Shown piece after piece: positions 44,201 through 56,131 of a DNA stretch of 64,000 nt. The stretch lies in the NCBI GenBank assembly GCA_048013815.1, contig CM106585.1, positions 11,284,001-11,348,000 on the forward strand. Direction: 5' to 3'. The position numbers and the translations under genes are program-made. Every line of letters begins with the position of its first letter. The stretch's first letter is position 1. The notes beneath the pieces were generated by a model. The model made no database searches. It saw nothing but the letters and a program-made list of their open reading frames with translations, and had not been told where the DNA came from. Source of the stretch: Setoptus koraiensis (lineage: Eukaryota; Animalia; Arthropoda).

Positions 44201-47200
44201 CTGTTGTTACCTGATACAACGAAATGTAATTATAACTGTTTGTCGGTCTTGCTTTCATTTGGAACTTGTTTATGATCTCACTTTCACACCGAGTGGCACA
44301 AATTTTCTAGGTAGCAACTTTGTTTTATTGTTACTGCTCTCGTTTATCAAACTGGAAAAGAAACATACAAACAATCATATTTCACCCATCCGCTGTACGT
44401 TAGTGCATATATTAATTGGCTGTTGTGGTTGGAAATTATATCACTTTGATTGACGGCGAAATTTTACAATGTACCGCCACCTGTTAGCTGGAAAGTAATA
44501 CACACATCGAATCACTTTAAATGGTGCTTCTTCTATTACCTTTACCTGTTTGTAGTTGGTTTGCAACCAACCTCAACGAAAACTCAAATGAATAACATTT
44601 GAAACAACACGTAAAACACTATGCTGGCGCCAACACATATACTAGCTAGCCAATTGGTTATCTAGTTGCGTGGGCGTCCCTTTTGTTGATTCCGCCAGAG
44701 GAGAAAAAGGGCGAAAATAGGTATAAGCTCACAGTATTTTCTTTACGAGAGAATAGAGTTATGGGCAGCTCTCACTTATTAATGAATTAACATTGAATGA
44801 AATGTATGAAATGAAAATGGTGACAAGGTAAACAAGTTGGCTTGTAAATTGAACAGAATGGAAAAATGATGCCGTTCGTTGACTCTGACCGTCAGCTTTT
44901 GATTGTTTAAATTGATGAAAACCTTCTCCGATGTAAACGCCCGATATCTTTATCTTCGCTATCTCTGACTATTTATCAGGTAAAACCTCCATAAAGCTCG
45001 CACTTGTCCAAAGGCTAACAACAAACAGTTTGCTTTTCCTTTTGACATCATTTTTAATTCCAACATTCGAATGATGAAGTATGATTGTTGGGAATTATAT
45101 AGGAAACGTGGACATTGTTTGCGTCCAGAAAACAACCGAAACGCAAAAGGTGTTGGTTGAAACTCTTTGATTGTTGGTGGTATAATCATGAATTGCGTGT
45201 GGTCCGCTAATCTTTAGATTGTAAATACCCACTGATGATTTCAAATCTAGAATAAAACATATAATGTGCTATATTCTGATCGGTCAATTTAATATATGGA
45301 TACAATTGATATATCTGTCGTTCAGAGGATATGGATTCACACGTATGGCCGGCCGTCTAATGGGACTGCATCAATATTACAACAAGCACTGCGAAACTGC
45401 AAATAGCCAACCAGATCGTCATCGAAAACATTGTGCGACTTGTGGTGTGTAGATTTTATCTGTAAATACCTATACTGTTATCATTGACCATCACATGACC
45501 AAAAACGACCGGCCAATGATAACTAATTCTCTTCTCTGACGTAATCGCTTTGGCATTTAACTTCTCTGGTTCGCAAGTTTCGATGCTTATCTCTTATGTC
45601 AAATCCTACACATTTATTGCTGTTCTTCGTCCGCTATCCATGTATGCATTTCGGACATGTTAGGTGTAGGAAATCATCACACGATACTACTATGATATTT
45701 GTGCACAACACTTTCCACAAACACAAGTCATTAAGAGAATCAATTATGGTCAGCAAAAAGTGGGTATATCTATCTTCCCTATATAGAATCATGTAATTTA
45801 GTGTGGGAGATGAACACAAGTGGCACAAACTCAATCAAGAGAAACAAATTACACTCGGACAATGAAAATTATATAAGTGTGAAGCAAGTCGAATGCTGTT
45901 GCTGTAGTTATTGTGCAACACATATATTCTCAGAGATAGATTCTTGATTTCTACTAGCACTAAGTCAAGCAGAAATCGTAATCAACTCGTTCATTCTCAA
46001 ATTTTCGTGTTAAAAATAAGAGTAAAATGGCGCTCTTACTTTCATGTTCGTCGGTGTCTGGCATATTGATCGAGGGAGTCGATTTCGAAATCATGATGAT
46101 CAATTGTCAGAGGACTATAAGAATCGAGATCGGAATGGCCGATAATAAGGATTAGTAAAATTCGTTTGCTAAATTGGTTGTATGGTCATTGATCACGACA
46201 ACCAATTAACTAAAATTCTCCACCTCAATTCAGTGTGTACTAGATTAACGATCTCGGTTGTCGACTGTTTCTAATGAATAGCTAACGAGATAACTGCTTG
46301 ACATTGGTCACGATCGAAGGATTGCCTATTCAACTGATCGTGTCATTGACTTTCCAGCAAACTCTCGTAGCCTGAGAGTCAGGCACCCCCACAGATAGTA
46401 ATAGCTAAATGCATATGAATATATGTAGTTTTAATTTGCTAACTTACCTATAGAACCATCGTTTTTGCCTTGCTCCGTATCTAGTTCAACACCAACCCAT
46501 AGTCCTAGACCGCCAAATTTTGTTTCACCCACAAACCTTACGACGCCTGTAATACATGAATATTATACAAGAAGAAAGATAATAGCTCGTTAAGACATGA
46601 ACATAGCCATTGCATTGAATCTAGGATATTTGTACCAAAGCTTGCATCAAGAGATAATGACTTACCTGATCGAAGTCCATCCACGTAGACGTGATCATTT
46701 ATCTCAAAGTTGCATTCATTGTTATTTGTTGCAGTTGAGCAAATGGATAAATTCGATGAGGCCCGAGATAAATTTGAATATTGGCGAGGTAGTTGGGGCA
46801 ATTTACTGGTTGGAATGGATGGTTTAACCGCACTTCGGATGGGTGTAGAAGAATTTGTCTTATTGTTGATCAATTGTGCCGGGGCTATAAGCTCATTCTG
46901 TGATGAGTCGCAAATAGTTTGATTGGTCATCTTGGTGCTATTTTGCTTCTCTTCCTCCTCTTCTTCTTCCTCTTCTTTGATTATGCTGTCTATAGTATCT
47001 CTGAATGTTGAATTCTGTTGTAAACAATTGTCACTTTTAATACATGTATATGTGGCATCCAATGGAGTCTCGTCAATATCATAAGTCTTGTTAGCAGACT
47101 GTATTATGAATGTGTCTTGATGACTAGAAGAACAATCAAATTTATTATTATCATCCTCATCTTGTGATGATGCATTATGCAGATGAGAAGTTTGTTGCTG

Positions 47201-47461
47201 ACTTTGTGTTAACACTCCATCATTTGAAGGTGGACGTTGTTGTTCATTTTTTATAATATGGCCTCCATTAATCAGGGTTATAGTTGTATTGTTGATATTA
47301 TTATGCCCATTATGTTCAGACGGCGAAAAAATAAAGCTATTTTTTACTTCTAAACCATGATGCTGACTTTTTGCATCATTGATTTGATTATCAACTATAG
47401 AACTCGTGCTTAGAGAATCATCATCAAAGTTCTGACCTGTTGAAGAAGCCTTGTCAGACAT
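38259..47461 (-). CDS. CLIP1: CAP-Gly linker protein CLIP-170/CLIP-190; exons 47461-46666, 46546-46448, 42208-38259, about 1614 aa
   Basis: The first CAP-Gly is rebuilt across two phase-1 introns ([54 protein letters not shown]). The second CAP-Gly contains GKNDG. A long coiled coil follows, then two zinc knuckles, [16 protein letters not shown] and [15 protein letters not shown]. Confidence 0.94.
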
Positions 47462-50400
47462 TTTTGGAAAGACAAAGACTCGCTCACTAGACAAAGCTCA
47501 ATATGGGCGGGACGATTAGGGGCAGGTATATAATAAGAATTTGATCACTTGTTGATTTTAACTCGGTTGCTAACTCGGCGTTGTTTTACTATATTATGTA
47601 ACTCTTGCTACACAGTTTAGTCAAAGCAGTTTCTTCTTGTTCTTCAACGCGAATGTGGGAGGGTGATAGTAGTGGTAGGCCTGATGGTAGTGGCGTAATA
47701 TCCTATATTGTCTTCAAGTCTTGATGTTAATTATTATCAACTAAAGCATCAGTCAGTTCTGGTGATGCAGTTGGTAGATGTTGCTTTTAGGGCGATGGTT
47801 TTTAGGTATACCTACTTCTGAACAGCCATAACAACAATATCCAAAGAGCAACGCGTAATTATTACGTAACAAGTGGAATGGTTGAGTCGTGCTTATTCCT
47901 TTATACAGTGTTTCTTATAGCAAAGTAGTTATAGATGGATGTGAATAGGTAATATTAGTTTCGCTTGTTGTTGCGTAGTCCTGATTTAGGAGTGAAATGA
48001 CCTAAAGTCTGACTAACGTTATAACATTGATAATTGTTCAGCCTATTGTAGAATTCGTTGGTGGGGTTAACGCACACATATAAACAGTTAAAGATGACTG
48101 TGTACGACGAATACGAGCAATAGATTATTATTATATTATAACTGGTTTTCTTCTTCGCTGTTTCTCTATCTACATAAGACACTTGCCTTATCAATGATTG
48201 TTAGAATGTTTTTGTCTTGCTATTGTGATCAGTGTTATGGTTTCCTTGGTTTGTAATTGTTCCGACGATATTAGTTGACGACCTACGACGAAAACTTCGT
48301 GGTGTGGCGAATTATGTTAGTGTATTTGCGCGGGCGTAAGCCACTTAACTTACCAGAAAAGTTGAGCATATGTTTATTACCGAACTGAACTATTTCTGTA
48401 TTCTTAACAAACAATTATGTTGTAGTCAGCGCATCAAGTGAACATACCAAAATGCTGTTGATCATTTATTGATGTGCACTACTAAATTTGTGTTGTTTCT
48501 GGAATCGGACAGCTTCGTCTGGATACTTCAAGAGATGTTCCGAAGAGGTTGAGTCTAGACTGAGTCGTCCGTTACCCGTTATACTCGTATAGGCTTCAAA
48601 GCTGTAGTGATAATCTCAACTGGCAAGAAAAACAATATGGCCTCACACCTAATATTGTATCTGTTGTTTCTTCAAGCGCAAAAATAATTAAAGATTCTGA
48701 TAAAACTGTTTCAGCGTAACAAGTGTTAAAATCACTATGGATAATGTTGCTTATTTGGCACTAAGACTACTCAGGGTGAGATCTACAAGATATTGATATC
48801 ATATAAAAATTGACCAGACGTTGTTGAGAATTAAAGTTAGTCTCTTGGTCGTGAAAGGTTTGCTGGTTTGTCACACCAAGAGCAATAATGATTAATTCAG
48901 TGTGTTAGTAGATCAATCATTAAAGACTCTCCAATTACACACAGATATAGTGAATTGGACAACAATAATAAGGTGTTAACAAGAATGCATGAAGCGGCGT
49001 GGGTGGTTTTGTTGTATCGTATTCCTATTATGCTCTTTTCTTTCTAGCGGGCTGCCGATTGTGGTTGGTAATGTAAATTATCAGCAACTAAAATCTAATG
49101 TCCGTCATCTAATTAAGACCAGTTTTGCTTGTGGCGAGCGGTGTTCGAGCCCAATGGTCAGTGGGTGTTCCTTACGAGGTGAGAAATATAAAAATAGTGA
49201 ATCTGTTGAATTTTTGGTTAAATTTCGTCTCGAATAATAAGTCTTCAGTTTTCTAATTCATTTCGAACAGCATGAAGGCATCGATTTGGGTGAGAGTAAG
49301 ACCAGTGGGGCCTGAAACATTGAAGGCGCCGTTTGTGTAGCTAATATTGAGATAAAAAGGCGACTGGATGGTGCAGTTTATAATTGGCCAATCAGTGATA
49401 ATATTATATTATGCAGCGATTATTGGAATTCACAATCAACGGATTTTCGGTTATATCCAGGGTAGCCGCGTGAGAAACTATCCGCTCAACTGTTTCTTCT
49501 GTACGTTGCCCTCTACAGCGTAAATATTCCAAAGCAGCTGTGCGGCACAAAAATGAGTTTTTCACTCGTGAGCATTCGAGCGCGCTCGAATACCACGTTG
49601 ATTTGAGCGGGGCACAGAGCTTATCAGGAAAGCATGAATAGATTGGTCAAAAGCACATTTTGCGCTCGGGCCATTCTAGTGCAGCGCGCATAAAATATTA
49701 TTGTTTACGAGTTTAGTTACATACAGTGTGTAGAGGGGGCTTTTGAGTTGCAACAAATGTGTTGAGAAATGGGAGGTAGCACCTTCAGGAGAAAACTCGA
49801 ACTCTACTGCCACTAATATATCGGATACATGCCTCATTTCCATTACGTATTCATTTTCGGCTATCGACGCTGCAAATACGCACAAACATTTCGTGCGTAT
49901 TTTCCGCTACACAGCTGATTGCATTAGCGGCCATTCTCCAAACTGGCTTGATTATTCATGCGAATTCTTCATCACTATAAAAAGTTGTTTTTTTGATTTA
50001 TTTAATCTTTATTATCAAGTAACACACACACACACACTAACAAAGTTGTTTCTTATCGGGGGCGATCCAGAATGTAGTTTGCGCATTGTTCAATCATTAC
50101 AATAACCATTTACTTTCTAGACATGTTGGCGGAAGTTACTGGCGACGGACAATGTGCAACAGCATGATGGGGTCCAAAGAATAACGTGCTGCACAGTTGA
50201 ACGGCATGAAGTAATATGGTCTTATTCCCAAACAACCATTGGAGTATGATACATTGTCGTCTGCCCAAATGTTACACCATATTTGCAGGCCCAAACTAAC
50301 CATCGACTTGGCCAAATCAATTGTAGTCCTCTAGCAATAATGCTCGTGTGACCTGTTCTAATCTACGGGCGAAGAAGAAGAAAAACAATGGTGAGAAAGT

Positions 50401-50768
50401 TCTGGAGCCGATTCGTGTTCTTTGGAGAGTAAATCGAGGATGAGGCATAACGAAACAAATGCCGAGTTTGTACAGTATGTAGATGCAAAAGTCGTCTATG
50501 CAGAACCACAGAGAGTGCTCTGGGTCATCAGAACAAAGTTTTGCAGCTAAAATTCACTCTCACCTGACGCCTATTCAAGTCTAATTGTTTGTCTACGAGA
50601 TCGATATCTGGAGAGGCTTGTTCTTCACGGCAACTCTAACATCTCAATGATATCCTGTTATGTTTGCTCATGTGAATTGAGTTGAATAGTTCCGGTGTTA
50701 GGATATTTGAATGAAATTGGTTTGAAGGAAGTGCATAATTTTGAATAATTACAATGCATCACGTATAA

Positions 50769-50897
50769 GCGCTCTGTTACAAGAGATTGATGTCCATACA
50801 CAAATCTTGAATATTATTAGATTGTGGCTTGATTGTCAGATGCTAATCAAATACAATTAACAAGAATTGCGTTTGGACAATCATGTCTTGTTGAGCG
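50769..50897 (-). ncRNA. mir-219: microRNA mir-219 precursor (mature 5p 50883-50861; 3p arm about 50809-50787)
   Basis: The reverse complement of 50861-50883 is UGAUUGUCCAAACGCAAUUCUUG, the conserved miR-219-5p as I recall it. The 3p arm CAAGAUUUGUGUAUGGACAUCAA pairs with it, and the basal stem ACAAGA/UCUUGU plus CGCUC/GAGCG is intact. Confidence 0.93.
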
Positions 50898-53800
50898 TTT
50901 GCTGGTTGATTATTTGAGATTGTTATTTCTGCAACTTTCAACTTTTAAGACTTAATTGTTTACATTGTTTGCGAAGATGATTAAACAGGTCAGTTTCAGA
51001 TGCGTAAATCTTGAGATTGATTAATCAATTCAACAATTCATGGGTGTTATTATAGATTTGGTTGGATGCAGTTGGTTGGTTGTTCAATGATTCTTGCTAC
51101 TGCCAGAAAACTTGTTGTGCCGTCGGTGATGTATTGTATACTAACAAGCTATTGCACTGGGCGCCAGAGAGAGAGAGAGAGAGAGAGAGAGCAATGAACT
51201 CTCGCTCGAGGTGCATCAATGGACCAGAAGAAAGAGGAAAAGAGGGCAGGGGGTCAGGGATCGGGTACAGGCATGAAGTGAGAACACAAAGAAATAGAGT
51301 TTGTCCTATAACAGATGGGTATATTCAACTGAGCACTCTCAGTATTAAATGAAAGAAGATAGCGGCCCTCGCAAGCCCAACTGATTCGGCCACCGCCATA
51401 GAGAAGAGCCCGTGTTATTACCCTCAGATCATTACAACTTTTTCATTCATTCAACTACTACCAATAACGTTCACAATCTATCTTGAGTCAAGTTGAGCAA
51501 GATCGAATGGGCGGCTGGCGCGACCATCACCGAGAGAACAATGACCACTTGTGGTCAGTTACCGTTATATTGATTCCATCACGGACAATACCCCCAACAC
51601 ACACACACACGTCTTATCTCTAAAATTGTGTAATGGTGGGCCCATTCTTTCTTGCTCGCGTCTTATCTAAGTGATAAGATCTAACAAGACGAGACAGCGC
51701 ATCAAACAATTTTAATGTTTTCTCTTGTCGCTGTTGTTGCGATACAATCTTTCATCTTATAATCTTGTTTAATCCAGACACGATAGTGTCCGCCTGATAC
51801 GGGGCTATGGGGTGAATATGCTAATGTAAAATATTCAAATAGTGATAGTTTCCCGGCTTAGGTGTTCATAATGTAGAGCGTTTGTACATTACGTAAGCAT
51901 TGCTTGCCACTTTGGCGCGCGCCGCCTGACGATTGCGCCCGCCGGTGACGGGCGAACGAGTGTCGATCAATTAATGCCGATGATGAGTTTGTGCAGCGCT
52001 CACATCGATTAATTGAGTAATTAAACAGCTCAATTGGAAATTGTCGCCCAAGTGGGGGGCCCCATAAAAGAGCGAGAGCCGATGATAGTGACAGTTTGCA
52101 AATGACGATGAAAATCAGATCAAAATAGTTAGTCTCGTTTGGTATCGTTTTTTCTCGTCCATGCCCAATGGTTTTGGCTTGGACAGTCGTTGGTCATCCA
52201 GTGAAACCATCTAAATTGCGCATATACAGCCATTGATTGAATTGCCGGCCAGCCAACAAGCGTACAATGTGGGCGCCAACGCCAACGATGGGTCAATGGA
52301 CACTTGCCGTCGCCACTCGAGCCACATGACGAGCTATACTATGGTCTATATATATACGGGCGCATGCAATTTTGGCCGGCCCGTGGCTCCAATTGGTCAG
52401 TGGGCATAACGCATCCATGGATGCGCTGCTTTTTGGCCCAAAACGGTTTGGCCGCTTGCCGGACCCAAGCGGACAAGCGACACACAGCGTGCACCTTGCG
52501 CCGCTGAAATGAATATCCAGTTATTTGTGCCAATAGTGTGAGTTCTAGTCGGTCAGTGGTCAAGCCGACCAGTTGGCGAGACATAGTTGTGGTAGTTAAC
52601 TAGTGGGCCGGCTTTATTGTTATTGGTTGATATGGGCTGGTGACATTTAGACTTGGCTGTGTGTGTGTGTGTGTGTGTCGTCACCTTGTTGGCCGCTCGA
52701 TTTAGAGTCATCAAATTGGGCAGCACACCCACACACACACACACACACTGTGAGAAGTACAAACCGACACTCACTGATAGCAGACGTTTGTCAGATAAAG
52801 TTCATTTTATGAGCCTCAGTCAGCCGGGCCCCTGCACTTTGCACACACAAGGGGGGGGGGGCAATATGGCACCCGATGAGCGATAGCGATCTCACTACTC
52901 GCAATATATCGCGCGGCCGTGTGTCTGTCAGTGACTGCACCAGACGGCTCCGGTCCGGCACCAGACTCTAACAGCCGGATCTAACAGCCGGAGTGTGTGT
53001 GTGCGTTCAATAAGTGCCGTTATATAATATATGGCCGGCTCGCGTACGTGTGTGTTATGTAATATTGAACGGCTAACGGGTGATAGACTGATAATGGTTG
53101 TTGGCACCCATATCATGACATGCATACTCTGGCCGGTTGCGTCACTGGCGTCGACTGGCGCCCGACGACTCGGTCACAATTACGGCCGGCATACAAACGG
53201 CGCCCCACTACACACGACGACACTGCGGACGACGACACTGCGGACGACGACACTGCGGACGATAGACATAACTTAGGAATGTCTATTTAATCAACAGCGT
53301 ATCGGCCATAGCTCATATGTGTGTGTGTGTGGCTCGTGGATAGTGGGGCGCAGCTCGTGCCTCGTCAATAGTGCCGACGACAGCCAAAGCGACAAGAAAA
53401 GGAGAAGTGAACTGAATCGAAGCGAGCGACCGTGGCCATCTTTTTATTATTGTTGTTGTTGTTGTTGTTGGTGCGCTATGAGATAATTGAAGATAATAGA
53501 GGCGAACAAAACAAGCGTGAGCAAGCGCCGCCAACACAAGTTATTAGCACATTAAAAGCCTAATGCGACCCCGTCGGGCGCATTCATTCATTATTTTATT
53601 TTCTCTCAAAATTATATTTCCACCATCCGCTCATTATCCGTTGACCATTGAGATCAACGGCAACTTCCTGTCTGCGCAGCAGCGATGCACCTGCTGCTGC
53701 CGCCGCCGGCGCAGCATCGCTGGCTGGTGGTCGAGTGACCACTGGCCACCACTGAGGCCAGTCAGCATCACTTGGGCCCTTGCCTAAAGTTGCCAGACTG

Positions 53801-55426
53801 ACTGTTGGTTGCCTAAAGTTGACAACTAGCTGCGGCAGACCAGACTCCGGTGGCCAGTGCAACAAGAGCAACTGACACTGCCCACTTGCATTATAAAACA
53901 CACGTATGAGCACATTGTTCAACCATGGCGACACCAGCCGCCGAAAAATCAGTCGGCCACTCGGATATTGACCAGGCACCGGTCAGTCGATGGGCCCAGA
54001 CTCTGGGGCCCAGAGTAAACACACCATAGAGTGCGCACTTGGGCGATGCTTTAATCGGCGCTCATCATGCCCAATTGGGTGCACGCGATGAGGCACGCAC
54101 TTTATGGCTGAGCTGTCGCTAGTGCTCGCCTCGTGACTTTGCAACGACAACTTAGCCAGACTGGGGCCAGTCAGCCTCACTTGGGCCTCACTGGCCCATT
54201 GTGGGCCCATTCTTTAACGGTGGCCAGTGGCAGTTGGAATAACCGGTCTGGCCGGCAGTAACAGCGCCACACACAAGCCACTTTATCCTGTCACTTCTTT
54301 CTTTCTTGTTGTTGGGCCATGTTTCGCTGGCGGGCTCCACCATATCACTGTAAGCCACAGAGCCAAAGTGTCTAGACTATGGCTAACTAAGACTCTGAGT
54401 GTATCTGAGTGTGAACTTGACAAGTGCACACTTTATCCGGCTGAATCGGTAAAGCGGCCGGCATATGGTTGAAGCGAACCCCATGAAAGAGATGACAAGA
54501 TAGATTGTCCATCAGACACACACTTATTGCGCTTAATCTCTCTTATCTGGCCTCATCATCGGCTTCATCGAGCCGCTGATGAGGCCCACAATGTATAGAT
54601 GCAAGCCCACTTGTATCTATATATGCAAATAATAAACTTGCTCGTGGTCGTCAGTTGTTACAGTGGTGAGCTGTGTGTGTGTGTGTGTGTGTGCTGTTGG
54701 GGCCCGCTGGCGACTGTGCAAACACACGCCGGACCGACCGACCAGCCAACTAGCATCACCTCAGCATCACCACTGCCCGCTCTGAATGGCCACCCGCCGG
54801 TGCCTCACTCAATCATGCGCGCTCAATCCATAATAGTATAATACTTTGGTCAGCGTATAATACACAGTGTTTGTGTTTGGGTTGGTCCCTTTTAATTTAT
54901 ATATTATATCATCATTTTTTTTCGGGGTATCAAGACGCCACAGTGCCTGCGGTGGCGCACAAGTGATGCCGATATGCAAACACTGAGATGCACCAAGGTG
55001 CAGTTGGCGACAGGAGAAAAAGCGAGGGAGCTTCGGGGGGAGGGGGGTAGAAGATGTCTTTTCGCCGGGTAAGTAGTAGCTGTTGTGAGGGGGGGGGGAG
55101 TAGGGAAGTGGGATAAGTGGGCCAGTCAAGGATGCAAAGTCAGTGTAAGTCAATGATTGATTGGAGTGCAGCAGCCATAATAAATAATCTCTATTACATA
55201 ATATATAATAATGTCAATGGTGTCGTGTGTCTGTCCACGCTGTGTAGACCACAGTCGCTAGTTGACTTAAAGTGTGTATATTCTAACAGGGTGTGTGTGT
55301 GTCAATAACCAGTAATCCGATGATTTGGCACCGTGCATCGATCGGTGTCGTCGGGTTGGCAGTCGCTTCGAGCGCCCCTCGTCACTCCAATGTGCCAATT
55401 AATTAGTTGATTAATTAGTTCAGCCA

Positions 55427-56131
55427 CTAGTAGCTGAATGGGTGCTGTTTAAGCTTTCCGGTTGACTCCTCGGCGGAGCATCGTTCCCAAATGGCAAATT
55501 TTCTAGCATTGGCGTTCCTTGGCAAGTGCAGTCTCACTGATTCACCTGCAAAATTGATCGGAGCGGACACAAAAGCAAGAGAGATTTCGTTAGACAAACT
55601 GGCCTATTTAAACTGATTTACACTACATGTGTACCAAAGCTAGATATGCGCCGGGCTAAATGTTAGCTGAAGACTAAGGGGCCCGGGTCAGTTCTTACCG
55701 TCTACTATGCGCTTGTCGTCGCCGCTGGCGGCCACCGCCGGCTCGGCGCCCTTGTTCACGGCTAGCGGCTCGGGGCCCACTATACCGGATTTTGCGCTCA
55801 ATTTGGAGAGCATGTTAATGGTTGATTTGTCTTCGATATTCAGTGCACTCTTCTCTGACAGTGCGTCCGGCGACGAGCTACGCGCCCAATCGTAACGGGG
55901 TCGACAAATCTTTTCACAATCGTAGGCACATTCGTCGTCGTCGCTGCTTATCTGGCAGCCAACCAAATCACAATCCCAGTAGCAATTGTATCTGTCGCGT
56001 TGACGATCCGTACCGGTCAATCGGTTTGCTCCGCCAATGTTGACAGTTATTATGCAAGAGACACAAGCAACACTTAACACAATGGCCAGACTGATCGAGA
56101 CTAGCACTGACGACGATTGTAATTTGATCAT
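55427..56131 (-). CDS. Secreted cysteine-rich protein; exons 56131-55699 and probably 55545-55427, about 183 aa (147 aa if unspliced, stop at 55688)
   Basis: Signal-peptide-like N-terminus (VLVSISLAIVLSVACVSC) and a six-Cys cluster C-x3-C-x4-C-x8-C-x3-C-x3-C. A GTAAGA donor and a CTAAC..TTTTGCAG acceptor give an in-frame second exon. Confidence 0.7.

Noticed and set aside
49574-49591. Perfect 18-bp palindrome ATTCGAGCGCGCTCGAAT
   Set aside because: About 0.2 such palindromes are expected by chance in 64 kb (64000/4^9), so it is not significant alone.
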